Notes: a model not told the origin generated them from the sequence alone. A stretch of 64,000 nt of DNA from Stigonema sp. (GCA_965249805.1 CBDFMX010000002.1:1214639-1278638), one strand, 5' to 3'. Shown: positions 40,901 to 51,828, numbered from the stretch's first letter. Numbers and translations: made by a program.

Positions 40901-42252
40901 TTCAAAGATGACCCTGACACCAAAACCATCCTCATTGAACGCGCCTCCACTGATGATCATGCGGATGTGCGAGGTGCAGCAGTGGAAGAATTAGCACGGG
41001 GATTCAAAGATGACCCTGACACCAAAACCATCCTGAACGCGCCTCCACTGATGATCATGAGGATGTGCGACGTGCAGCAGTGCAAGAATTAGCACGGGGA
41101 TTCAAAGATGACCCTGACACCAAAACCATCCTCATTGAACGCGCCTCCACTGATGATGATGCGGATGTGCGACGTGCAGCAGTGCAAGAATTAGCACGGG
41201 GATTCAAAGATGACCCTGACACCAAAACCTTCCTCATTGAACGCGCCTCCACTGATGATCATTGAGTATGTGCGAGGTGCAGCAGTGGAAGAATTAGCAC
41301 GGGGATTCAAAGATGACCCTGACACCAAAACCTTCCTCATTGAACGCGCCTCCACTGATGATCATGAGGATGTGCGACGTGCAGCAGTGCGAGAATTAGC
41401 ACGGGGATTCAAAGATGACCCTGACACCAAAACCATCCTCATTGAACGCGCCTCCACTGATGATCATGAGGATGTGCGACGTGCAGCAGTGCAAGAATTA
41501 GCACGGGGATTCAAAGATGACCCTGACACCAAAACCATCCTCATTGAACGCGCCTCCACTGATGATCATGGGATGTGCGACGTGCAGCAGTGCAAGAATT
41601 AGCACGGGGATTCAAAGATGACCCTGACACCAAAACCATCCTCATTCAACGCGCCTCCACTGATGATCGTTGGGATGTGCGACGTGCAGCAGTGCAAGAA
41701 TTAGCACGGGGATTCAAAGATGACCCTGACACCAAAACCTTCCTCATTCAACGCGCCTCCACTGATGATCGTTGGGATGTGCGAGGTGCAGCAGTGCAAG
41801 AATTAGCACGGGGATTCAAAGATGACCCTGACACCAAAACCATCCTCATTGAACGCGCCTCCACTGATGATCATCAGTATGTGCGACGTGCAGCAGTGCA
41901 AGAATTAGCACGGGGATTCAAAGATGACCCTGACACCAAAACCATCCTCATTGAACGCGCCTCCACTGATGATCATGAGTATGTGCGACGTGCAGCAGTG
42001 CAAGAATTAGCACGGGGATTCAAAGATGACCACGGGATGTTTGAAGTGTTTTACAAGTGCGCTGTCAAAGACCCCTTTAAGCGTGAGAATGACGAGCAAT
42101 ACAACCCTCGGCAAGTTGCACTTAACGTTATTATCAAGCAATATCCTCACTATCCCCAAACTTTACCACTATTGCGCGACAAAGCCGAAAATGACCCAGA
42201 TGAGCAAGTGCGGGAGTTTGCTAAAAAAAAGTTGGCAGCATTAGAGAAGTGA
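37941..42252 (+). CDS. NACHT-family STAND NTPase (paralog 2) with C-terminal array of about 20 HEAT-like repeats; reading frame interrupted several times inside the repeat array
   Basis: The N-terminal domain is homologous to paralog 1. Walker A IVILGDPGSGKSSLLQY, Walker B FVMFDGLDEV, GNPLLLTMMAIL. From about 40190 onward, 31-aa units PDTKTFLIERASTDDRWDVRRAAVQELARGFKDD repeat. The C-terminal tail ...REFAKKKLAALEK ends at 42252. Confidence 0.7.
40190..42030 (+). repeat. 93-bp tandem coding repeats (about 20 units, near-identical) encoding HEAT/PBS-lyase-like repeats
   Basis: The unit gatgaccctgacaccaaaacc(a/t)tcctcattgaacgcgcctccactgatgatcgttgggatgtgcgacgtgcagcagtgcaagaattagcacggggattcaaa repeats with few substitutions. 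Four units carry indels (about 40340-40385, 41030-41050, 41255-41290, 41560-41580) that break the frame. Confidence 0.85.
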
Positions 42253-42640
42253 ATAATTCGTAATTCGTAGTTCGTAATTCGTAATTAATAAATTAAGGAT
42301 ACTTGCACCTTGTTCATTCATGAAAAAATAATATAGCGGTTCCCTTATTGGTAAGGTACATATCTTGTGGGGGAGCCAGCACTCTCCGGCGGGTTTCCCG
42401 CCGTAGGTGACTGGCGTTGGGCTTCCAGCCCGCCCTTTCGATGGACGGGCGCTTATGCCCATCCCACAAGACAAAGACTGTACCTCATTGAAACGAAAAG
42501 CGCTATAAATGCGTTCTGCACAATATTCATGCATGGGGACGCCAATAATGCTGTCCGGCTTAGCCACACCGCATTTTTGCTCCTAATAATTACGAATTAC
42601 GAATTACGAATTACGAATTATTTTGACGGAAGCCAAAGAT
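42253..42640. repeat. MITE (about 310 bp) flanked by inverted STRR heptamer arrays (AATTCGT x4 on the left, AATTACG x4 on the right)
   Basis: aattcgtaattcgtagttcgtaattcgtaatt ... aattacgaattacgaattacgaattacgaatta. Internal hairpins ccggcgggtttcccgccgtagg and tgcccatcccacaaga are shared with repeats at 20281 and 20858. Confidence 0.65.
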
Positions 42641-42641
42641 A

Positions 42642-45173
42642 TTAATGGAGTGCAGAACCGACCATAATGCCACGACCTCTCAATGCTGCATACACGAGGT
42701 TGGGCGATCGCATATCCCCTTCCAGATACGTCAGCCCTGGAAATTGTAGCACGTTAGGGTCGCTGATCTGAATCCAACTTTTACCCATATCTTGCGACTT
42801 GTACATCGCGTCCTTGCTCGCACCACCGACACGACCAAAGATGTAAATATACGGTTTTGTCGCTGATAAACCCTTGCCGAAGGTGACAAACTCACAGGTA
42901 TTCACCGAAGAGACATCACGAAAACTCTTGCCACCATCAAGAGAACGGTATAATTTGTTGCCCTTGACATCCTCCGGATTGCGAGCGAAGCTCATCCAGA
43001 TGTCACCCTGTTGTGTGGGATTGGGAGCGATCGCCGGGTGAATCAGCCACGTAGGAAATTTTCCAGAAGCGCCCTTTCGCCAGTTCGCGCCACCGTCCGT
43101 ACTGTAATAGAATGTCCAACTATCGTAGTAGTAGAAAGTCTGACCCCGTGGATCTTGACGATCCGCTGCCAAAATATATGCACTCACCCACGGAGAAATG
43201 CTATTAGGCCAAGACTTGGGCAGAGTTTCGTAGTGTGTGTGGTCATTATTGCGGGGGTCATAGGGATTTGGTTTTGAGCTATGATCTAAATTGTTAGCTA
43301 GCTGCCACGTTTTGCCACCATCGGTAGTGTAGTGTGGCCACGTTCCCCACGTCGGTGCCCAGACCATATTCTGCGGATTGGTTGGGGACATGGCAATCTG
43401 ACCGCCTACGGGGACAACCGATTCTTGACCGGATTTGTCCGCTTTCCAGAGATTCTCTTTGGGAATGGACTCGAACGCTTTCCAAGTCTTACCATTATCG
43501 TTGGTCATGCCATACACTGGCCAGTTACCCTGCCACTGGTGAAAGCCGACAAATGCTGCGTAGTCAGGGTTTTTGTAGGAGTAATCCATGCTCGACGCAC
43601 CCGCTACATGGGGGAAGGGTACAGGATATACCGTCCAATTGGGGTTTGCCCATTTGTAATCCGGGCTGATGGGAATGTTTTGCGGGTTAATTTTGGCACT
43701 TGGTACTTGGTTATGGTCAACGTGGCGAAAGCCAATCATATCGTGTACACCACTCAGCAGGTCGGCTCCCCCCCGATCCTTAGGCTTAGGTGGAACGCGC
43801 ACGATGTTCGTGTCCAACTCCTCTAAATTGTTCATCAGCCACGTGTAAGATGGGGTGGCAACGGTAACGTCCGAAGTCCGCGCCACACCCCAACCGTTGG
43901 TCCACCATACCTGTTTGGGGTTAATCGGGTCGATGACTACAGCAGCTGCACCAGTTGCAGAGTAAGACTGATAATAGCCAGGAGCAGACGAATTAACTGG
44001 ATCTTGCGAGTTGTTAGGGTCATAAGCACCCATAGCCATGGTCTGCTTATTCCAGTTATTTCCGCCCTCAGTTGAACGGTATACGTACTTATCTGAAATC
44101 GCCATCACTGTGTTTGGCTTATCTGCTTGCACTGCGATCGCAGAATAGACTCTGTCTGTACCGTCGGGAGTGATATTGGTCCAGGTATCTTTAAAAAACT
44201 TGCTAACACCACCAGATGTCTTACTCCCATTCCTCCCCCAGGTGCCGAAACTGACATAAAGTGTGCCATCTGAGGCAACTACACCGCGCAAGGGATTGTT
44301 GCCGCCGGCAATGTTGCTCCATGATTTGCCTCCGTCTGGACTGCGCCATACACCACTGCCGTGAACTCCAACATAGATGGTCTTGGTTGGGTTGTTGGCT
44401 GTTGCCGAGATCTTGTCAAACGCGACAAACGTAAAACCTGGTATATCCTTGTTGTCACTGCCGTCAGAGTTTTTATATCCTGGCAGACTACTGGGGTCGG
44501 GTAGTCCGCCAAAGACACGGGTCCAAGCTTGATTAACATCTTTTTTCCAAAGACCATTTCTCCGAGAAGCGAAATAAAGCAACCCAGACTTGTTTGGATC
44601 GACTGCTAAGCGCTCTCCTGTGTCAGAACGGTATGCTTGATTTGGACCAATGTAAACATTATTTGTTCCTAAACCCGTTGGTTTCCAAGTGACTCCTTTG
44701 TCATTGGAAACCATCACTTCGCCAGAATATTTGTATTTAATCTTATTATTACTTTCCTTAAAAGTCGAATTCCTGTAATTGACTGCTACATAGACGTTCT
44801 TGGTCTGTATGGAATCGACGGCAATGCTTTCTACCCCGATGCCGGAGCTGGAAAAGTTGGTATTAAACATGTCCATCAGGGGTAGCCATTGATTATTTTT
44901 CCGGTCGAAGCGGTATGGACCACCGATATCTGTACGTATGTAGACATCATAAGGTGATACTGGGGTTGTGACCAAACCGGTCACGTAGCCCATGCCCTGA
45001 ATGTTGACGCTTTTCCAGTTGAAGAACCCAGATGTTTGTGATGGGGGATGCGTTTGTGATGGAGTGGGTACTACAGATTGTTTCCCGCAAGCGTACAAGA
45101 CAAACACCATCAGTGCTGTAGAGACGACCAGAAGTAGAAACCGGAGGGAAGCTTTCATCTTGTAGAATTTCAA
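42642..45173 (-). CDS. lipoprotein with multiple BNR/Asp-box repeats (GH74 xyloglucanase-like / sortilin-like beta-propeller)
   Basis: Lipobox-like LYAC after a hydrophobic N-terminus. Eight SxDxGxTW-type motifs: SNDKGVTW, SPDGGKSW, STEGGNNW, TNDNGKTW, TTDGGKTW, STDGGANW, SLDGGKSF, SQDMGKSW. 843 aa. Confidence 0.55.
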   Translation of the reverse strand: MKFYKMKASLRFLLLVVSTALMVFVLYACGKQSVVPTPSQTHPPSQTSGFFNWKSVNIQGMGYVTGLVTTPVSPYDVYIRTDIGGPYRFDRKNNQWLPLMDMFNTNFSSSGIGVESIAVDSIQTKNVYVAVNYRNSTFKESNNKIKYKYSGEVMVSNDKGVTWKPTGLGTNNVYIGPNQAYRSDTGERLAVDPNKSGLLYFASRRNGLWKKDVNQAWTRVFGGLPDPSSLPGYKNSDGSDNKDIPGFTFVAFDKISATANNPTKTIYVGVHGSGVWRSPDGGKSWSNIAGGNNPLRGVVASDGTLYVSFGTWGRNGSKTSGGVSKFFKDTWTNITPDGTDRVYSAIAVQADKPNTVMAISDKYVYRSTEGGNNWNKQTMAMGAYDPNNSQDPVNSSAPGYYQSYSATGAAAVVIDPINPKQVWWTNGWGVARTSDVTVATPSYTWLMNNLEELDTNIVRVPPKPKDRGGADLLSGVHDMIGFRHVDHNQVPSAKINPQNIPISPDYKWANPNWTVYPVPFPHVAGASSMDYSYKNPDYAAFVGFHQWQGNWPVYGMTNDNGKTWKAFESIPKENLWKADKSGQESVVPVGGQIAMSPTNPQNMVWAPTWGTWPHYTTDGGKTWQLANNLDHSSKPNPYDPRNNDHTHYETLPKSWPNSISPWVSAYILAADRQDPRGQTFYYYDSWTFYYSTDGGANWRKGASGKFPTWLIHPAIAPNPTQQGDIWMSFARNPEDVKGNKLYRSLDGGKSFRDVSSVNTCEFVTFGKGLSATKPYIYIFGRVGGASKDAMYKSQDMGKSWIQISDPNVLQFPGLTYLEGDMRSPNLVYAALRGRGIMVGSALH

Positions 45174-45234
45174 TCCCTGATACCGTTAACTTATGTAGAG
45201 AAGTTGTATGCAACGTCAAGACACTGATGATATC

Positions 45235-45540
45235 AAGTCCGATTGATTAGTTATAATATCCAACCCTCACGCCCAAACCCTGTTTCAAGCACGTGGGTGA
45301 GGCGAGGCGTTATATCATGTCCGTATAAACAGTTACGATATCCAGCCCTCGCCCCCTTCCCCTCTCCCAAGCATGGGAGAGGGGTGCCCGAAGGGCGGGG
45401 TGAGGGTTCATATAATAAGTCATTAACCGGACATGATATTACAACACCATTAAAGCGTAGGGGAGCGGTTTCCGCGCCCTTACCATGTGCAGATGTATAT
45501 CATAACAACTACCGGACATGATATGAAATCTCCAAAAACA
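45235..45540. repeat. MITE-like repeat (ATATCATGTCCG / CGGACATGATAT inverted ends, internal GC hairpins); a related copy at 47890-48060 shares the first about 80 bp
   Basis: atcaagtccgattgattagttataatatccaaccctcacgcccaaaccctgtttcaagcacgtgggtgagg compared with aatatcaagtccgattaattagttatgatatccagccactacccccaaaccatctcccaagcacgtgtgtgagg. Confidence 0.6.
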
Positions 45541-45555
45541 ATCCTTAACTACACT

Positions 45556-45596
45556 GAGCAAAAAAACTCCTCTTCGCAAATGCATAAGAGGAGTTT
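45556..45596 (-). terminator. candidate rho-independent terminator of the atpD-atpC operon
   Basis: On the minus strand, stem aaactcctctt / aagaggagttt with an 11-nt loop, followed by a T-run (A-run on plus, 45556-45565). Lies about 55 nt downstream of the atpC stop. Confidence 0.5.
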
Positions 45597-45648
45597 CGAT
45601 GGGAAATAGACACTGCCATGCCTATACAGCACTTGGGCAGCAAAATCT

Positions 45649-46062
45649 TTAAACCAAACCGCCAGCAGCTTGAAAACGGGCGCGGGCGCGTTTGAAGGCT
45701 TGGGTTGCCTGAATTTGCGCAAGTCGATCGCCAGGCGCCACTTGATTCAAACGAGTTTGTGCTTCGTTAAAAGCTGACCGGGCTTCTTCAGAGTTAATTT
45801 TGTCGCCACGTTCAGCGCTATTAACCAAAATTGTGACTTCATCTTGATCGACTTCAGCAAAACCACCCAACAGGGCGATCGCCACCCAATCCTCATTTTT
45901 ACTGGAACGTACTCGCATGACCCCTGTATCTAGGGCAGTCAATAGTGGTGCGTGTCCACTCAGGATACCTAGCTGACCAGTGGTACTGGGCAAAACAACT
46001 TCTTCAGCTACCGCATCCCACACTGTTTTATCTGGGGAAAGAACACGAACGGTTAATGTCAT
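45649..46062 (-). CDS. atpC: F0F1 ATP synthase subunit epsilon
   Basis: [44 protein letters not shown]... is the canonical epsilon subunit. Lies downstream of the beta subunit, as in cyanobacterial atpBE (beta-epsilon) operons. Confidence 0.9.
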   Translation of the reverse strand: MTLTVRVLSPDKTVWDAVAEEVVLPSTTGQLGILSGHAPLLTALDTGVMRVRSSKNEDWVAIALLGGFAEVDQDEVTILVNSAERGDKINSEEARSAFNEAQTRLNQVAPGDRLAQIQATQAFKRARARFQAAGGLV

Positions 46063-46065
46063 AGT

Positions 46066-46150
46066 TTGTTAGTTGTTAGTTGTTAGTTGTTAATTGTTAG
46101 TTGTTAATTGTTAATTGTTACTAACAATCAACAATCAACAATCAACAATT
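46066..46150. repeat. palindromic STRR heptamer array (TTGTTAG/TTGTTAA followed by the inverted AACAATC/AACAATT) in the atpD-atpC intergenic spacer
   Basis: gtttgttagttgttagttgttagttgttaattg...ttactaacaatcaacaatcaacaatcaacaattaacaattaac. The two halves are reverse complements. Confidence 0.85.
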
Positions 46151-46163
46151 AACAATTAACCAA

Positions 46164-47639
<1,476 letters not shown>

Positions 47640-48360
47640 TCAGGATAAGGTCGTAGGAGACTTGAGATTAATCTATGTCATTCTCAAGATTAGCATTGAA
47701 CGATCCCACTCTTCGCCATAATAAATTGCTTCTTAAGACTGTGGCTGGGAGGATACGCGCTCATCTCTTAAACTCTATGCTTTGCTGCTTTCAATTTTTG
47801 CTATGGCTTTCTGTTGCTGTTTGTGATTCAGAATTTAATTACCACAGATACTTATTGCTGTCAACACCCTGAATGGAGATAACATCCGTTAAGAAGTAAT
47901 ATCAAGTCCGATTAATTAGTTATGATATCCAGCCACTACCCCCAAACCATCTCCCAAGCACGTGTGTGAGGTGAGGGCTTACAGCACCATTATTGGGTAG
48001 ACCACAATAAACCGTAGGGGCGCGGTTTCCGCGCCCTTTGTGCATAATCGATTGCACTTTTGTGCAATTTGGTTTAACTTACGTAGGACTTAGGCAAAAA
48101 TTGTCAAAAAGCTTAATTTATCGAACCGCCCTTCGGGTGACGCTCCTTCGTCGAAGATCGCAACGCTTACACCAGTCGCCTACGGCGGGAAACACTCATG
48201 AGAGCGCTGGTTCACCAAGGCGCCAAGATCGCCAAGAATTCGTAGAGTCTGCGTAAGTCCTATTACGTTAAGAAAAGAAAATTAAGGCGCTAATTTGGCT
48301 TGATTCTTGTCTAAAGTTGTGGTTTTACTAGACACTGTAAATATGTAATGGGTACAGCTA

Positions 48361-51300
48361 ATGACAGGAAGACATTGGTTGGTTTGGTGTTTGCAGTTGG
48401 GATGGGTGGGACTATTGGGGTGGATAGGTGCGATCGCCTTTGCCAGCAGTACGTTTGCCCAGAGCAGAATCGTGCCAGATAACACACTCGGTGCTGAGTC
48501 TTCTATTGTTACACCCAATGTTCAAAATTTGCCTAGAGTCGAAATTACTGGTGGGGCAGTTCGCGACGCAAATTTATTTCACAGTTTTCGGGAATTTAAT
48601 GTCGATAATGGACGAGGAGCCTACTTCCAGAATCCTAATGCTAGTATCAAAAATATATTCACACGAGTCACAGGTAATAACCGCTCAGAAATTTTCGGAA
48701 CTCTGGGTACAATTGGCAATGCTGCCAACTTGTTTTTGATTAATCCCAACGGGATTATTTTTGGTCCGAATGCGGTATTGAATGTAGGCGCTTCATTTGT
48801 AGGCACAACAGCTAACGCAATTGAATTTGGAAACTTCGGGATTTTCAGTGCTTCCACACCAGTTGCACCCGGACCAATACTTACAATCAATCCTTCAGCG
48901 TTGCTGTTCAATCAAGTCTCACCAGCTTCAATTACAAATATGTCAACTGCACCCGCCGGACTCAATCCAGTAGGTGTTGAGGTCACAGGTTTGAGAGTGC
49001 CAGATGGTCAAAGTTTACTATTAGTTGGTGGTAATGTCAACGTAGAAGGTGGTAGCCTCAGAGCTTATCAAGGTCACATCGAGTTAGCTGGGTTAGCTGC
49101 ACCGGGAACGGTGGGATTAAATTTGGCAGATAATACTCTCAGTTTGAATGTGCCAGAAGGAGTAGCCAGAGCAGATGTATCTCTCACCAATGGGGGAGAA
49201 GTGAATGTCCGTGGAGCCAATGGCGGTAGTATTGCTATCAATGCACAGAACGTGAATTTAGCAGGAGAAAGTAAACTGCGTGCAGGGATAGAATCAGGAT
49301 TGGGTACGCCAGATAGCCTAGCCGGAGATATTGAAATCAATGCCACAGGGTCAACAACTCTCAGTGATGGTAGCTTTATTACTAACGCAGTGCAACGGCA
49401 AGCTGTAGGGAAAGGTGGCAACATTAATATCAATACAGGTTCGCTCACACTACGCAATAATCCTATTTTGGGTACCAATACATTTTTGGATGCCAGTACC
49501 GTAGGGCAAGGAGATAGCGGTAGGGTATTTGTGCAGGCATCGGGAGCTGTATCTCTTGCCAATAGCAGAATCTTCAGCAGTTCGGAAGCGAACGCAGTCG
49601 GCAATACTGGCGGAATTTTTATTACAGCCGAGTCGCTTTCTCTTACTAATGGTGCTGCCTTGAATGCCAACACGGATGGGCTTGGGGATGCTGGCGCGGT
49701 ATTTGTGCAAGCATCGGGCGCTGTATCTCTTGCCAATAGCAACATATTAAATGATGTGGACGCTGGGGCGGTAGGTAATAGTGGCGGTATTAACATCAAT
49801 GCCGCGTCACTTTCCCTCACTGATGGCGCTGCCTTGACAGCCAGTACGAATGGGCTTGGGGATGCTGGCAAGGTATTTGTGCAAGCATCGGGCGCTGTAT
49901 CTGTTGCCAATAGCACCATATTCAATAATGTGGAAACTCGGGCAGTAGGTAATAGTGGTGGTATTTTTATTACAGCCGAGTCGCTTTCTCTGACAGATAA
50001 CGCTCAACTACAATCTAGTATTTTGAGAGCCAAAGCACCATATATTGGTGGTCGTGGTAATCCAGGAGGAGTAAATATTAATGCAGGCGCGGGCGTCACT
50101 TTAGCTGGAAGTATCATTTACACTGATGTCGGATCTGGAACTGTGGGCAATGGTGGAGATATTAACATAAAGGCTAGGTCTTTCTCTTTAACTGATGGCG
50201 CTGTCTTGCAAGCCATCAACGCAGGGCAAGGAAATGGAGGTAATATTACGATTGATGCCCGCGATACAGTTAAGTTTGATGGCACAGGGGTCAATTCAAT
50301 AAGTCAAAGTGCCGTGCAAAGCAGCATACAACCTGGAGGTGTAGGAAAAGGGGGAGACGTGAGAGTGACAACTGGCTCACTCTCACTGACTAATGGTTTT
50401 CTACTGTTTGCTAGCAATGCTGGGCAAGGAAATGCAGGTAATATCACCATTGATGCCCGTGATACCATAACCTTTGACGGTACAGGAAGCAGCGCCAGCA
50501 CTGAAGTAGGAAATAATAGCGTAGGTAGTGGTGGAGATATCCGCGTGAATACTAGGGCGCTGTTCTTAAAGAATGGTGGTCAACTCACTGCTAGTAACTT
50601 CGGACAGGGCAATGCAGGCAGTATCATTATCAATGCCAGCGATACTATTGCCTTTGATGGCGTCGGCAGCGATGGATTTGGGAGTGGCGCTTACAGCACA
50701 GTAGAATCAACTGGCGTAGGAGATGCAGGCAATATCAACGTCACAACTAGGTTGCTGTCTTTAAACAACGCTGCTCAAATCAATGCCAGTACTTATGGTT
50801 TTGGCGACGGAGGCAACATCACAATCAATGCTAACACTTTTGAAGCCTTGAATGGCGGACAAGTGGCAACCAGTACGACAGGAACTGGTAAGGCAGGAAC
50901 TATCAACCTCAATCTTAAAGAAAGCTTAACTTTAGCAGGAAGTGACCGCAACTTTACTCAACGCCCTAGTGGAATCTTCGCCAAAACTGATTCTGGTTCT
51001 ACGGGACAAGGAGGCAGCATATTTATTGACCCCCGTCAAGCCACTATTAGAGATGGGGCAAAGATATCAGTTAATAGCGATGGTACAGGCAATGCAGGCA
51101 ATATTACCCTACAGGCAGGCACTCTCACCCTTGACAAGGGCGCCTCGATTTCTGCTCAAACTTTTAGTAGTCAAGGTGGTAATATTAACTTGCAGTTAGG
51201 AGACATTTTATTGCTGCGTCGCGGTAGTCAAATTTCTACCAATGCTGGTACTGCTCAAGCTGGTGGTGATGGTGGCAACATTAATCTCAACTCCAAATTT

Positions 51301-51828
51301 ATAGTTGCTATCCCAGATGAAAGCAGTGACATCACAGCAAATGCTTTCTCAGGCACAGGGGGTCGAGTACAAATTAATACTCAAGGTCTATTTGGCATCC
51401 AGTCGCGCCCACAGCCAACGGACAAAAGTGATATTACTGCTAGTTCTACCTTGGGTGTGGCAGGAGTTGTTAATATTAATACACCTGACCAAAATACTTT
51501 GCAAAACAACCTGACTCAACTACCCAAAAATATCATTGATGCTAACGCGCTGATTGCCAATAGTTGCATAGCTAGACGCCACAATCAGTCTGGTGGTACT
51601 TTCTTCATTATCGGCAATGGTGGTTTACAAGAGCGTCCTGGTGATGCTCCTCGTTCTCTTTATTCTACTGGAACTATACGCTCTGTACCAGATCAAGGTG
51701 AAAAAGCCATATCACCTACTTCCACAAGATCCGTCCGTCCTTGGAAAAATGGCGATCCGATTGTTGAAGCGCAAGGTATTTATCGACTGGCAAATGGTAA
51801 TTTGGTGCTGAGTCGAGAATGTCCTTAA
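48361..51828 (+). CDS. filamentous hemagglutinin N-terminal (TPS) domain exoprotein, TpsA-like, with long beta-helical repeat region
   Basis: Signal-peptide-like N-terminus. TPS domain motifs ITGGAVRDANLFHSFREFNV and LFLINPNGIIFGPNAVLNVG (NPNGI). Repeated GNAGNI[TN]I / GGxIxI beta-helix units follow. 1155 aa. No TpsB/FhaC partner lies in the window. Confidence 0.75.
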   Translation: MTGRHWLVWCLQLGWVGLLGWIGAIAFASSTFAQSRIVPDNTLGAESSIVTPNVQNLPRVEITGGAVRDANLFHSFREFNVDNGRGAYFQNPNASIKNIFTRVTGNNRSEIFGTLGTIGNAANLFLINPNGIIFGPNAVLNVGASFVGTTANAIEFGNFGIFSASTPVAPGPILTINPSALLFNQVSPASITNMSTAPAGLNPVGVEVTGLRVPDGQSLLLVGGNVNVEGGSLRAYQGHIELAGLAAPGTVGLNLADNTLSLNVPEGVARADVSLTNGGEVNVRGANGGSIAINAQNVNLAGESKLRAGIESGLGTPDSLAGDIEINATGSTTLSDGSFITNAVQRQAVGKGGNININTGSLTLRNNPILGTNTFLDASTVGQGDSGRVFVQASGAVSLANSRIFSSSEANAVGNTGGIFITAESLSLTNGAALNANTDGLGDAGAVFVQASGAVSLANSNILNDVDAGAVGNSGGININAASLSLTDGAALTASTNGLGDAGKVFVQASGAVSVANSTIFNNVETRAVGNSGGIFITAESLSLTDNAQLQSSILRAKAPYIGGRGNPGGVNINAGAGVTLAGSIIYTDVGSGTVGNGGDINIKARSFSLTDGAVLQAINAGQGNGGNITIDARDTVKFDGTGVNSISQSAVQSSIQPGGVGKGGDVRVTTGSLSLTNGFLLFASNAGQGNAGNITIDARDTITFDGTGSSASTEVGNNSVGSGGDIRVNTRALFLKNGGQLTASNFGQGNAGSIIINASDTIAFDGVGSDGFGSGAYSTVESTGVGDAGNINVTTRLLSLNNAAQINASTYGFGDGGNITINANTFEALNGGQVATSTTGTGKAGTINLNLKESLTLAGSDRNFTQRPSGIFAKTDSGSTGQGGSIFIDPRQATIRDGAKISVNSDGTGNAGNITLQAGTLTLDKGASISAQTFSSQGGNINLQLGDILLLRRGSQISTNAGTAQAGGDGGNINLNSKFIVAIPDESSDITANAFSGTGGRVQINTQGLFGIQSRPQPTDKSDITASSTLGVAGVVNINTPDQNTLQNNLTQLPKNIIDANALIANSCIARRHNQSGGTFFIIGNGGLQERPGDAPRSLYSTGTIRSVPDQGEKAISPTSTRSVRPWKNGDPIVEAQGIYRLANGNLVLSRECP

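Noticed and set aside
40148-41252. Minus-strand ORFs encoding Ser/Arg-rich repeats across the HEAT array
   Set aside because: Antisense translation of the 93-bp coding repeats.
40190-42030. Possible CRISPR array (regular direct repeats)
   Set aside because: Units abut with no unique spacers and are in-frame protein-coding HEAT repeats. The same applies to the 33-bp array at 58117-58650 and to the STRR arrays. No cas genes are present.
43011-44557. Plus-strand ORFs (up to 164 aa) inside the BNR lipoprotein gene
   Set aside because: Antisense shadows of a confidently called 843-aa gene. No motifs.
47675-48256. ORFs 47675..47872 and 48038..48256 between atpD and the TpsA gene
   Set aside because: They lie in the atpD upstream region and across a MITE copy. 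No coding signal.
48428-50501. Multiple minus-strand and alternative-frame ORFs inside the TpsA gene (including 49074..49925, 283 aa)
   Set aside because: These are shadow ORFs within a long, repeat-rich, GC-biased coding region whose plus-frame product has clear TPS-domain homology.
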